This document shows positions 28,079 to 41,104 of a DNA stretch of 64,000 nucleotides, one piece after another. Made by a program: the position numbers and the translations under genes. The DNA is from Octopus vulgaris (taxonomy: Eukaryota): NCBI GenBank assembly GCA_951406725.2, contig OX597821.1, forward strand, positions 33,170,001 through 33,234,000, in the 5' to 3' direction. The notes under the pieces were generated by a model. That model saw nothing but the letters and a program-made list of their open reading frames with translations, was not told the DNA's origin and ran no database searches. The number at the start of each line of letters is the position of its first letter. The stretch's first letter is position 1.

Positions 28079-28472
28079 CGCAGGAGTGGCTGTGTGGTAA
28101 GTAGCTTGCTAACCAACCACATGGTTCCGGGTTCAGTCCCACTGCGTGGCATCTTGGGCAAGTATCTTCTGCTATAGCCCCGGACCGACCAATGCCTTGT
28201 GAGTGGATTTGGTAGACGGAAACTGAAAGAAGCCTGTCGTATATATGTATGTGAGTGTGTTTGTGTGTCTGTGTTTGTCCCCCTAGCATTGCTTGACAAC
28301 CGATGCTGGTGTGTTTACGTCCCCGTCATTTAGCGGTTCGGCAAAAGAGACCGATAGAATAAGTACTAGGCTTACAAAGAATAAGTCCCGGGGTCGATTT
28401 GCTCGACTAAAGGCGGTGCCCCAGCATGGCCGCAGTCAAATGACTGAAACAAGTAAAAGAGAGAGTAAAGAG
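28077..28472 (+). mobile_element. SINE family A, full length, between (TA)n tracts
   Basis: Complete head-to-tail match to the other copies. Confidence 0.92.
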
Positions 28473-28699
28473 TATATATATATATATATATATATAGATA
28501 TACTCTTTACTCTCTCTTTTACATATATATATACAGGTAACAACACCGAAGATGTATCCAGTGCATCGCAAGATGTAAGATGTATATACGCACATGTAAT
28601 CTGTATATGGTCACTCAAGGACCAAGAGTTTCATGAATGACCTGTACGTAACACTCAGCCCTTAAGTCCCAATCGTAACTTTCTACAGAAACAATAGTG

Positions 28700-28742
<43 letters not shown>

Positions 28743-28897
28743 ACCTAAGTATGTTTACATACACTTTAGATTATATTTATACATGGGTGTGTTAATATAC
28801 TAACATTCGTTCATATATTTATGCACACCAAATGTACTATATATGTATACACGGATACATGAATATATATATATATTCATAACTACAGTGTGTGTAT

Positions 28898-29029
<132 letters not shown>

Positions 29030-29352
29030 CACACGAGGGTGGGTTCATTTCCTTAAGTTTCTTTTCGTTGCTTTTATCCATCACTGCTCAGTTCATGCTG
29101 AAGCTTATTCGAGCAGAGTATGCACATATATGTACACTATTTATCCATATATATATACATACATACATATACACACCCACACATTTATTCACATATATAC
29201 ACTAACCACACAGCAAGCAGTGTTATTATAAGTTATAGCCAACAACAGCTGATATATGTATTTTTAAACTCGCTCTTTTCCATTTTTCCTTTCTTCACAC
29301 TTCAATTATTATTATTATTATTATTATTATTTCGTTTTGATTTGTTACTTAC

Positions 29353-29635
29353 CGAAAAACAAGTTGAATACAATCTCAACATGGTTAGCTTTATGGATGC
29401 ACATCAGCATGGTTATAGTCGCCACGATCCACAAGAGTCCGTGGCACGATATTTCCAAAACGATCATAATGGGACGGAGGATACCAAGGGGGGCATCGTT
29501 TGTGGCACATAAAGCAAGTTGATTCCATTCGGGAGCAGGTGACGGTTCTTTGACTTTGGTTTTATCGTTTGGAACTTCGGCAGGCTTTTTCTCTCGAACA
29601 CTGGTCCGTTCCCTCACTGACGATTCTGTAGACAT
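29353..29635 (-). CDS. PLPP6: PLPP6-like phosphatase, coding exon 1
   Basis: ATG at 29635 (MSTESS..). LEISCHGLLW matches the PLPP6/7 LE.S.HG.PW segment. Donor G|gtaagt at 29352. The spliced product reads NLFFG-LIFDILLVCLIK; total 663 nt = 220 aa + stop. Confidence 0.9.
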
Positions 29636-29833
29636 CGTGTTGCAGTTTTGCGTCAGAGAATGGTGTTGTAGGTAAGGTAGTTGTCGGTAAATATTGTTGT
29701 CTTTATTTATTCCTTCTCCCACCACACTCAGGTCTGCTTGGCACGTAATAAATACTTGTGGATATTACATATAAATATTTATATAATTTTTTTTCCTCTT
29801 CTCGGCAAGTCAAGCTGACTGTTTCCTTTACGT

Positions 29834-29867
<34 letters not shown>

Positions 29868-30310
29868 CATGTGCGCGCGTGTGTGTGTGCGTGTGTATGT
29901 GTGTTCGTGTTGTGAGCAGAAAGAAAAAAAAACGATAGTATGTCAGAGGGTGAGCTATATAAAATAATAAACACCTATAAAACAACTGGAACCAGCCTTC
30001 GATTCAAATTAAAATGTCACAGACCAGACAAGGGAAAAGTGGGTGGGGACAGAGTGAGAGAGAGAGAGAGAGAGAGAGAGTGAGTGAGTGAGAGAGAGAG
30101 AGAGGGGGGAGAAGAAAGAGACGGCGATAATAAATATAAAAAGAAAATATGCGCTAAAACACAAAATCTAAAATTAAAAAAAAACCATGTGAATGTTAAA
30201 TCGCGATGGAAGTGGAGAAGTAATAAACACTGGAAGAGCGAGGAAAAGAGCACACACGAGGAGAGAAGAACACTAGAAGTAATCCGCACTGGGACTGGCT
30301 ACCCTATTGA

Positions 30311-30356
30311 ACTGTTGCATTCTGGGTAAATGTCACGTGACGCCGATTGAAGGTCA
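30311..30356 (-). promoter_or_regulatory. Candidate promoter motif cluster of the PLPP6-like gene
   Basis: ZNF143/Staf-like TTACCCAGAATGCA (minus, 30316-30329), palindromic E-box GTCACGTGAC (30332-30341) and TGAAGGTCA half-site (30348-30356), ~700 bp upstream of the ATG in CpG-richer unique sequence. Confidence 0.55.
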
Positions 30357-30405
30357 CCACTGATCTGCTAAACAGAAGTGCTTTAATTTGTTTCCAGTGT
30401 TGCTT

Positions 30406-30793
30406 TATATGCATACATACATACATATGTGTGTGTGTGTATATATATATATGTATGTATGTGCATATATATATGTATGTGTATATATATATGTATGTAT
30501 GTGTATATATATATATATATATACATGTATGTATGTATGTGTATATATATATGTATGTATGTGTATATATATGTATATATGTATGTATGTGTATATATAT
30601 ATGTATGTATGTATGTGTATATATATGTATGTATGTATATATATGTATGTGTATATATGTATGTATGTGTGTATATATATATATATGTGTGTGCGTGTGT
30701 ATATATATATATATGTGTGTGTGTATATATATATATATATATGTGTATATATATGTATGTATATATATATATGTATGTATATATATATATATG

Positions 30794-30874
<81 letters not shown>

Positions 30875-31149
30875 GTATGTATATATATATATGTATGTAT
30901 ATATATATATGTATATATATATATATGTATGTATATATATATATGTATATATATATATGTATATATATATATGTATATATATATATATGTATATATATAT
31001 ATGTATGTATATATATATGTATATATATATATGTATATATATATATGTATGTATATATATATGTATATATATATATGTATGTATATATATATATGTATGT
31101 ATATATATATGTATGTATATATATATATGTATATATATATATATGTATG

Positions 31150-31196
<47 letters not shown>

Positions 31197-31197
31197 G

Positions 31198-31244
<47 letters not shown>

Positions 31245-31303
31245 ATATATGTGTATGTATATATATATATATGTATGTATATATGTGTGTGTGTGTGTGT
31301 GTA
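30406..31303. repeat. Long compound (TA)n/(TATG)n microsatellite
   Basis: Directly visible. Confidence 0.97.
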
Positions 31304-31493
31304 TTTCGTTTTGGGATTTGGTTTGCAAGATTCTTTATGTGAGTTCGTGTTTTGAATTATATTCTGTTGTGTCTGGGGAGAGTCATTCTCTTTTGGTGCC
31401 TTACATTTTAATACATTCACCGGTAAAATTTCCACGTTTCATTTTTTTTTATTTTTCTATATTTTTCGTTGCATCTTGCAATCTTTCCAATAT

Positions 31494-31614
<121 letters not shown>

Positions 31615-31621
31615 TGTGTAT

Positions 31622-32128
31622 ATACTTTGATACTTTGATAGGTTTCGGCCATTATTGGCCCAGGCCATGTCTAACTTAATAGCACCACCTGGTGAAGTCT
31701 TTCAAGTCAGAATTTGGGCACTATGGCCCACTCAAGTAGAGAGTTATTGTTTACAGAGACATATCCGGGTGTAGGGGGTTTATCCGGGATTTCTTGAAGG
31801 AATCTGTCCAAAGACTTCTTGAACCCTATAGGGTCAGTTTCTGTTTTAATGTGTTTTGGTGTAATGTTAAAGAGAGCGGGGCCAATTGAGGTGAAATAAT
31901 TGTGCCGTATTGTTGTTATGAGATGAGAGTGCGATTTTTGTTTTGGGCGGATGGCACGGGGCCCAAGCCTTGGATGTACCTTAAAGGTGATGCCAACATC
32001 ATTTGGGCAATGCTGATGGAATATTTTCCACATCATGCAGATGATGTAGCGCTCACGACGACGTTGGAGAGAATAGAGTTTTAGCTTTTCTAGTCGACCC
32101 CAATAGTCGAGGCCTGTCATGCCATCTA
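31622..32128 (-). mobile_element. CR1-group LINE 3' fragment with an open ORF2 C-terminus, flanked by (TA)n
   Basis: ORF 31707-32120: LDYWGRLEKLKLYSLQRRRERY..GPALFN..FKKSLDRFL..IPD.P; tail (ATCAAAGT)2. Confidence 0.88.
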
Positions 32129-33016
32129 TCTATATATATTTCGTAGTCAAGACTATTGAAAAGGTTGCAAGACGCAACAAAAATTTTAGGAAAATAATAA
32201 TTAAGGAATAAGTGGAAATTTTACCGGTGAGTGTCTTACATTATAAGGCACAAAAGAAAATCACTCTCCCTAGACACAACAGTATATATATATATAACAA
32301 GCCAATGTGACACGCTTGCTTTTCAGCCAGTTATGAAATATCTTAAATTCCATGCTCTACTTCCTTAAAAGAAAAGCAGGACACATTGACCCTATTTGTA
32401 TCTGAATCTGAGCGCTTTTGATCATAGATATATCTGCTCAATCTGGACTGACCCCTGAGCTAAACAACAAGAGTTAGTCTGAAATCTCACTTAAGGCACC
32501 CTCTGATCCCAGCAATGAGCAAACTGTGGCCCGCGGGACTTTCTGAATGACACAACTAATGGAAAATTATCTATTTTTCTTTAGTGGTGCGGCCTGCCTG
32601 AGGTTGCCCCATCTGCTCTATCGCCTTAAAAAATGGCAAAGGCACATAAGCTTATGTAATGTAATCCAAGTAATATGTTTGAATAAAACATGAGATTGTC
32701 ATAACTGTAATCTCTTTGATCTAAAGTTTTCTCAATCCAGCAGCAGGCTTCAAGCCAAACAACAATTATATACTAAAAAAAAAAAAAAAATTATTAGCGC
32801 TTGCACATAATCACTGAAACTGCTAAAAATAGCAGTCAAAAAATCCACAGTCAAGTGCCTTAAAAAGAGAGTAAAAAACACAGATAAATTAGTTCTAGAT
32901 GCACTATAATGGATGATCTGTTAAAACAAAAAGGGATGGGTCTGTAGCGGGCTGGATGTAGTGTGCCATATCAATTAGATACGATGTTAGCCCACAACTA
33001 AATGTAACGTATAGAT

Positions 33017-33641
33017 GTAACGCTTCAAGGTTCTCGCGTCGGAATAACCAATAAACATCGAAGAATTAACACCAAGAAGGAACAAATGTTATTTACATAC
33101 ATTTATTTGTTTACCCGACAGATTGTTAAAGAGATAGTGGCAATTCTAGTGAAAGTGACGACAAGGATGACTCGCTGGTTAGTAGTTCATATGTAGAAAA
33201 AGGTTCTCTATCAGTAGAGAGGGAAAGAGTAAGGTAGTCATGGTGCTGACTAGAAAGGATAAAGGTGGCATCGCCTTTCTTACGGCCAAAAGCCTCTCTT
33301 AGCATGTCGAGCGAAAGGGCGAAGGGAAGTGCTGCTCTTGGATAAGGCTGATGCAAAAGCGGGTGTTGCTCCTTGGTCTGGCTGAAACCTAAGAGCCGGT
33401 GTTCCTCTTTGGTCATAGCTGACAGAGGAAGAGATAGAAAATTTTCCGTTATATAGGATATGGTCATTAATGTAGGGCAAACCTTAAACAAGGGACTGAC
33501 CTTTCCTTGACCAGTACAGGTCCTAGGGAGTGGAGTGTTTCCTCATCAATCATCTAGTGTGGAGGATTTCCCACTCATTTTGACAAGCAACAAGCCGGTG
33601 GATTTGGTTTCAAATCTCAGGCAGAGATAGTTGTTGTTGAC
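33017..33641 (-). mobile_element. Solo-LTR-like repeat
   Basis: TGT..ACA boundaries and minus-strand AATAAA near 33102. An inverted homolog of 33195-33275 lies at ~38460-38550. No TSD seen. Confidence 0.4.
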
Positions 33642-33917
33642 AAACAACAGCAGTAATTTTATTCAACTGAATACATGTCATTGATTGGTTGAAATTATTG
33701 AAATATGACAACTTTAACAAAAAACAACTTCCAAAATACAGAATTTTCTCAACAACGCCAAGAGTAAAAGGTGTTTTATGTGACACATTCTACCAGTGTA
33801 CGAAGTTTGAAAGTGTTTAGTTACAAAAATTTCTTTTTTAAATCTGTCGGTCAAAAGGTAAAGATCCGAAAAGAGTTAGCTCACTATATGAAAGAGAAAA
33901 TGTAATAAGTCGTTTCC

Positions 33918-34266
33918 AGCAATCATCTCGTGCTAAGACCCAGGCAATTTGAGATGCGAAGCTGAAGTCTTAGATTTCTGTAGCAAACAATCCGCTCTTC
34001 TTCGACATGTTCGAAACAACTTGTCGTACGTTTTAGTGGAGACATGAACTCACAGATAAACCAAGAAGGCTTAAATTCATTGTCCACCATCTAACCAAGC
34101 AAAATTGTCTATGCATGCTAGGTTTTTAAAAACATAATTGTACTATATTACACTTTATTGAATGACTGGCGCTATACAATCCATGATGACGCGACTATCT
34201 TCAATAAATGACCGCCTAGCAAAAATTCCAATATGCGCAGCTCTGAGGTAGCACAACTCGTAAACT
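33918..34266. repeat. Diverged direct copy of 36735-37097
   Basis: Colinear similarity (CAATCATCTCGTGCTAA..GCAGCTCTGAGGTAGCACAACTCG). Confidence 0.85.
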
Positions 34267-34583
34267 AACCAATCAGTGTATCATTCCGTGTGACTGAAAT
34301 CACTAGACAGTTGATGAATGCACTAATCTTTCAGCTTCTAGGCAGCCACTAGAAAGTTTTTTAAGTTTATGAGCCCTTCCTCTGAGCTGAAGTCGTCATG
34401 TGTATTCCTCCGCCGCTAGCTTTTAAAGGGCAGAGAAACGCAGGGACGAAATAGTTCGACTGCCCAACAACATATGCTTCTTCTTCCATAAAATCAATAT
34501 TGTTTTTGTGGACAGTCGTGCATATTATGTAACCACATGCGTTCATTTGTGTGTGTGTGTAGGTAGATTGATAGCTACATATA

Positions 34584-35537
34584 CAGGGTGTTTCAAAAGT
34601 CTATGTCACATTCTAAGGACTCTTATATCATGAACTACAAATGGTAGCATGATTGAACTGATACATTTAAAAGCTAAAAGTGTCAAGTTTTCTTCTGTTA
34701 ATTTAATTTAATTCATTAAATTTAATTTAATTTTGTTTTTGTCCTTTTTTTTCTCTTTTCAGATCCAGTAATATCATTCACAAACAAGAGGTCATTTTAC
34801 GTCCTAGAATACGCTAAAACTAAATCATGGACACATGTTCTACGCAAATTTCAGACAACGTTTACCAAGCAGGCCCCAGACACACGTTCCATTTTGAATT
34901 GGCATGCAAAATTTAAGGGGAGGTGTTTGTGTCCGGCAAAGAGAATAGGACACTCCTGAGCAAAATTCATGGCGAATAGGTTTATCTATGTCCTTCAACT
35001 GTCGAACCAATTGCAGCTTATATGGTGTGAACTGCAGCCGTCTCCTGAAGACACGCCAAACAGTTGTTGATGGGGGCTTAAGTTCTCGATTGGCTATTCT
35101 GACTGATTTCTGGGGGCTGCGCAAGAAGGCTTGCCGAACTTGTTCAGCTGTTTCATCTGAAGTTGAGAGGTCCCCTGTTCTCTTTGCCAGGTACAAACAC
35201 TCCTCCTCCTTAAATTTTGAAAGGCCAATTCAAAATGGAACGTCAGCCTGGTACCTGCTTGGTAAACGTTGTATGAAATTTGCGTTGAACACAAGTCCAT
35301 GATTCAGTTTTAGCATGTTCTAGGATGCAAAATGACCTCTTGTTTTGTGAATGACATTACTGGATCTGAAGAGAGACAAAAAACAAAATTAAATCAAATT
35401 TAATTAAATAAATTTGAATTAAATTAACAGAAGAAAACTTGACACTTTTAGCTTTTAAATGGTACCAGTTCAATCATACTACCATTTGTAGTTCATGATA
35501 TAAAAGTTCTTAGAATGCAACATAGACTTTTGAAACA
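34584..35537. mobile_element. Fold-back mariner-like (maT/DD37D-type) derivative built from two inverted 5' ends
   Basis: TA|CAGGGTGTTTCAAAA end. ~34584-34960 is inverted at ~35165-35537. The minus-strand ORF has VRQAFLRSPQKSVR...TTVWRV.RRRL...PYKLQLV.QL. Confidence 0.85.
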
Positions 35538-35649
35538 TATATATTTTCAGACATCAGCCTATGTAATCTATATGCTTATATATTTATATGCAACTTCGTC
35601 ATTGTCTCCCGGTGTTAATGTTACCATTAGCACTAAATTATATTGTACT

Positions 35650-35852
35650 GTGCCGGTGGCACGTAAAAAGCACCCATTACACTCTCGGAGTGGTTGGCGT
35701 TAGGAAGGGCATCCAGCTGTAGAAACTCTGCCAGATCAAGATTGGAGCCTGGTGCAACCATCTGGTTCACCAGACCTCAGTCAAAATCGTCCAACCCATG
35801 CTAGCATGGAAAGCGGACATTAAATGATGATGATGATGATGATGATGATGAT
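35650..35852 (+). mobile_element. RTE 3' end fragment (family C)
   Basis: Family C sequence with (GAT)n tail. Confidence 0.88.
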
Positions 35853-35879
35853 GTGCTTTATTACTCTTGTACTACCATC

Positions 35880-37100
35880 TTTTTGTACTACCATCTGCTT
35901 GAACTTGCTCAGTGTTACCTGAGTCAATCATGCCACCTGTCACGATATTGCATAATATTCAGGAGATCAGTAGGGCAACATCTGTGTCCATACAGAGTTG
36001 GTCAATAAAGATCCTTTTTTTTCTTTATTTACTGGACAGCTTTCTAGCGTAAATCATTGCCGAGCTGTCCTTGGGAGTGTATCACTAATGAGGTCTTGCT
36101 TAGCTCTCCATCAACGCCTTGCAAAACACATACGTCTCTTTCCAATGGCACCAGTGATTGCAAGAAGACAGCTCTTTAGATACTGTTTTTGGTTAGAATT
36201 TTTTTTCCATGAGATATTCAAAATAGCTTGTGGCATGCGGGTGTAAATTCCAACAAGCCTTCCTTTCGTTTTTTTGATGAATTTTCAAACAGTGGACTCA
36301 TTCAATAGCACTGATTCCACAGTTTCTCAGAAAAGGTTGCCATTAAGATCATCAGGTAACGATGTTTTTCGTGTGTCGCCGAAGCCCTGCCGGACAGCTC
36401 TTTCTTTCGCAAGACAAATTTATGCATCCTTTTTCTGTGGATTCAATTTTACCTCCTAAATATGCAGAAGAGTCTTTAGATTGATAGAGGGCTTTGTTTG
36501 ATTGTACTTGGTCTACTATTCGTAGTAGATGTAGCCTGCCATTGAAACATTGATATCTGTGGTGAGGAATGGGCTGGAGTTTATATTTGGCTCACCGCGG
36601 AAAAACTCAACAAGCTCAACAGCTGTAAGAGACTCTTACTAAGAGTGGGAATACTTCTCAACCCTCACACACTAAAGTCTGAGCAGTGTAATTTTTTTCT
36701 ACAGTTTGAACGATCATCACAGTATCCCATAGCAACAATCATCTCGTGCTAAAGCCCAGGCAAATTGAAATGCGAAGTTGAAGTCATAGATTTTTGTAGC
36801 AAACAATCCGCTCTTGTTCAACGTGTTCGAAACAACTTGTCCTACGCTTTAGCTGAGACATGAACTCGCAGATAGACCAAGAAGGCTCAAATTCACTGTC
36901 CCCCATCTAACCAAACAAAATTGTTTGCACATGCTAGGTTTTTAAAACCATAATTGTACTATATCACATCTTATTTAATGACTGGCGGACTGTTTTCAGA
37001 TGCTATACAATCCATTTTGACGCGATCATCTTCAGTAAATGACAGCCCACAAAAAATTCCGATATGCGCAGCTCTGAGGTAGCACAACTCGCGAACTACG
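35880..37100 (-). pseudogene. Possible decayed CCCH zinc-finger (PARP12/ZAP-like) coding remnant
   Basis: Manual translation across stops and frameshifts gives LQLRISICLGFS..GYCDDRSNCRKKLHC..KYSHS..ESLTAVELVEFFR. Weak pattern match only. Confidence 0.3.
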
Positions 37101-37228
37101 ATCCGCTCCGAAGGAAACTAAGTACGCAAACAATTACCCCATTCGTCATAAAGGGCTCCACGCGCTTTTTTTTTTTTTTTATCCTACTTTGAATTTTAAA
37201 TTGGTTTTAATATTATAGCCTATCTTCC

Positions 37229-37379
37229 ACTGAGACAGACCAACGACAGAGCCTGTATGTGGCTCGGATAGTGGTTGAATGTGTCAGAAGTTTTTCTATT
37301 CTGTACATAAAAGAAGTTTGGCTACTTTTTTAGCAAGTCATGCAACCACATACAGGCTCCGTCTTTGGTCTGTCTCAGT
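37229..37379. mobile_element. Small MITE with ~34-bp TIRs
   Basis: ACTGAGACAGACCAA.GAC.GAGCCTGTATGTGG / CCACATACAGGCTCCGTCTTTGGTCTGTCTCAGT. Confidence 0.65.
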
Positions 37380-37424
37380 AATAATTTTGTTGTTATTTAG
37401 TCTCAAATCAACCTTGATATAGCA

Positions 37425-37618
37425 ATCATCATCATCATTGTTCAACCGTGGTCAAGACAATGGAATTTACCATGCTACACCAGACTTCATAATCCATCAT
37501 AGCATTACGGAGGTCCTGTTGCTGGATGCCTGTATCCCTGGAGATTACATCAGGGTAGGAGAGTGTGTGCCCTCTGGTATTGTGAGTAGATGGCTTCCAG
37601 AGGAGAAGAGTAGAAATT
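37425..37618 (-). mobile_element. RTE-like LINE extreme 3' end
   Basis: Minus strand reads LLLWKP..RG..LSYPDVISRDTG..DLRNAMMD..VW followed by (TGA)n. Confidence 0.65.
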
Positions 37619-39184
37619 GCCTTGTTTTCAGCAAACCTATCATCAAAGACATTCCAGCCTTCAGCAAATTGTCTTTTTAGGGATAATCTTGGACATTACA
37701 TACAATGGGCGTGTGATTTAGGTAATGGGATACTTTGGCTGCTATTTTTAGCGTGTCGAACAACCAGGTAGAGGTGCTTTCATTGGTTCGATTGCGTGAT
37801 GAGATTTTTTTTACACATATATTTATCAAAAGGGTTTTGTTAGGGGAGATTTTCAGTTTAAATTTTTCTGTTGTCGAACACTCATCGTTTTGTCAATGGA
37901 CCTGGAAGTTGTTGTTCGCAAACGGCTGCAGCAATTTTTTTCAGCTGAATACATGTCGTTGATTGGTTAAAATTACCCAAATACGACAACTTTAACTCGA
38001 AATAACTTCTAAATACAAAATTTGTCCAAAACGTTAAGAGTAAACCCTGTTCTATGTGACACATTCTACCAGAATCCGAAGTTTCAAAGTGTTTAGTTAA
38101 AAAAGTAATTAAAAGATCTGTCCATCAAATGGAATAGATCCGCCAGTCGACCCCGTTATATAATAATTATTGTTGTTATCTGTAAAAGGCCATTGTTGTT
38201 TGTCTTAATGTGTGATCAGAAAATCTTCCGTTAAATGCAGACACACACAGCCACGGTCAGCCCTAGGGTTGCTGGCAACCCATGCAAGCTGAACTTCAGC
38301 GCCCTTACAAATATAATTTTTGTCTTTGTCACATCCCCTAGCATATGACACCCTGGGTGACTGCCCGAGATGCCGGTACCTTGAGCTGGCCGCGAAATTT
38401 TTTTCTCACGAGAGTTCCGGACCCCAGTAATGAACTCATTTGCATATAGCCAATCAGAGCAGAGCCACCTTCATCCTTTCTTCCTTTCTAGTCAGCACCG
38501 TGCATCCTTTACTCTTTCTCTCTCTACAGACAGACAGCAACTTCTCCGTCAAGGTTAATGCTTGTTTCTTTTTGTCATTGAGCATTGAGATAGCTGTGAG
38601 GTATGCTAAAAATAATAGCTAAATAAATTTTTTTTGATAACTCTTTTAAATTAAAGCTTATTTGCCAACATCTCGCTCAGAGATTTAAAACTGGTTTTCT
38701 CTTTTAAATTAAAATAAACATTTATTTACATAAAAGAAAATTACAGGAGAACATTCATCTAATTCTTCTAAATCTTTCTGTTAAAAGTTGTAATGTGTTT
38801 ATCGCATGTAACGTGTTGTTTATGACATTTTCCTTAAGCACTGGTGGTTGTAAGGTGTGCTAAAAATTACAGCTAAATAAGATTTATTTACATGAAGTAA
38901 AATTACTGGAGACATAACACGTTGTTTAAAATTTCTTTTCTACTCAAGGCACAAGGCCCGAAATTTTGGGGAAGGGACCAGTCGATTAGACCGATCACAG
39001 TACGCAACTGGCACTTCAATTTATCGACCCCGAAAGGATATATAGCACTTATTCATTTATCCATATTTTGGCTTTTATTGTAAGGTGACCGTGTGGTGTT
39101 CAAAGGAGTCATTCATTTGTCACCATCTCTTTTCGCACGGTCGTTCTACAGATGTAATCGTTAGATTGTCGGTATTTGTTCTGG

Positions 39185-39609
39185 GGATCTTTTCGGTTTG
39201 AACGGCAGTTTTTAACATAATTTCTAGGTAACTAAAAAATTCTAAACTTTGTATACTGGTAGAATGTGTTAATAAAACATCTTTTTCTCTTGGCTTTATT
39301 GAGAAAATTCTATAGTTTTTAAGATATTTGTTGTTTTTTTTCTTCAATTTCTGCAATTTCAACCAATCACTGACATGTATTGAAGTGAAAAACATTCTGT
39401 GCCATATGAATATGTCCCCCATTTAAGAAACAGATTGGGTTTATTTACATTTCTGAAAAAAAAGATAACCTTCTCCCCACCCCTAACCCTAACCCTAACT
39501 AACCCTAACCCTAAAACAGATGCAATAGATCGATACTAGGGTCATAATTATGGGTGACAATTTCATATGACAGCGCTAGAAAAAACTGCCGTTCAAACCG
39601 AAAAGATCT
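39185..39609 (+). mobile_element. MITE family E (GGATCTTTTCGGTTTGAACGGCAGTTTT TIRs; internal (CCCTAA)n)
   Basis: ~28-bp TIRs at both ends; multiple copies in the window. Confidence 0.88.
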
Positions 39610-40689
39610 TGTTCTGGTTCTTTACATTTAGACTTTATCTTATCATCTTGAAGGGATAAAAGGAAAAGTTGTGCTCGACGATATTTGAGCTCACAATGTA
39701 AAGTGCCAACAACAACATCATCAACAACAGTAAAGGTTTTGGATATAGGCATAAAGTCAGCAATTTTGACGAGGGATAATTAGTGGTTATCATCTGCCCC
39801 AGTGTTCGAAGAAGAGGACAAAACATATCTCGAGACTTTTTTTATTACATTTTTTTTTAGGTTTTTTTTCTTCTTGATAAACAAAAAGCAAATGCTGCCG
39901 TTACTAAGAACGGCAAACCGTTGAGAAAGTTTGAATGTCATTTTTCTTGGTGTAATTGTAGATGCAAAGGGTTAGTTTCTGGTCGTTGCGTCGATAAGAT
40001 AAAGTCTAAAAACACTCATGAAAACTTCTAAATTCAACTTCTTAATTATTTGCTGAGGCGTCAAGTTTACTGCTATTGTGAAAGTATCAGTTCCACTTCA
40101 GCTCCAATAGAACTGGGTCAGTGACCAGTTTCAAGGAAGTGTGACGAATATATCAATTTTATGCATAAGAACATATTTATTGCTACATTAATACAGAAAG
40201 TGTTCGTGTATTACACGAAGAGGAATAGTTAGATGAAATGACGTACATCACAAGTGCAGGAAATCTTCGTCAGAAATTCGACGGTCAGGCTAATTTTTTA
40301 CACACAAATATATATTCTAGTTGCCGTATTACCGTGGCATGTTTCATCATCTACTACGCCAGGTTGAATATGTAGCTGTGGAAATAGCTATATAGCGAGA
40401 GGGACATCTGCTGAAGATCGGATCACTCCGAATTCTTTTTTGCGCTCAAATGGGCTAATTTTGAAGGCTCTCTTCATGGAAAGTTCTAGTCATACTACCA
40501 GACTATCACACGAGCAAAAGTCGTTGATTGGACTGAAATGAAGTTTGGCACATGATCAACACGTGATTACAATGTAGCAAAATGTGGGTCGAAACCAACT
40601 GTTATAAATATTCTGGCTTCTCAAGAAAGAAACGGAAAGTGAATTTTAGCAGTTTTTGCGTATTGTTTAGATAATTAAAATGATTCATT

Positions 40690-41104
40690 GAATCTTTTCG
40701 GTTTGAACAGCAGTTTTTTCTAGCGATGTCATATAAAATTGTCACCCATAATTATGACCCTAGTATCGATCTATTGCATTTCAATCTGTTTTAGGGTTAG
40801 GGGTGGGGGGAAGGGTATCTTTTTTTTCTTCAGAAATGTAATTAAACCCAATCTGTTTCTTTAACGAGGGACATATTCATGCGGCACAGAATGTGTTTTT
40901 TACCTCAATGGATGTCAGTGATTGGTTGAAATTGTAGAAATTGAAGAAAAAAAACAACAAATATCTTACAAACCATAGAATTTTCTCAATAAAGGCAAGA
41001 GAAAAAGATGTTTTATAAACACATTCTACCAGTATACGAAGTTTAAAATTTTTTTAGTTACCTAGAAATTATGTTAAAAACTGCCGTTCAAACCGAAAAG
41101 ATCC
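40690..41104 (-). mobile_element. MITE family E
   Basis: Reverse complement of 39185-39609. Confidence 0.88.

Noticed and set aside
29636-29725. Upstream GTG-started extension of PLPP6 exon 1
   Set aside because: Non-ATG start from the ORF caller; the first in-frame ATG is at 29635
31630-31670. Hammerhead in the CR1-group tail (GGCC..GGCC-GAAAC)
   Set aside because: No CUGANGA upstream; better explained as the LINE 3' stem-loop
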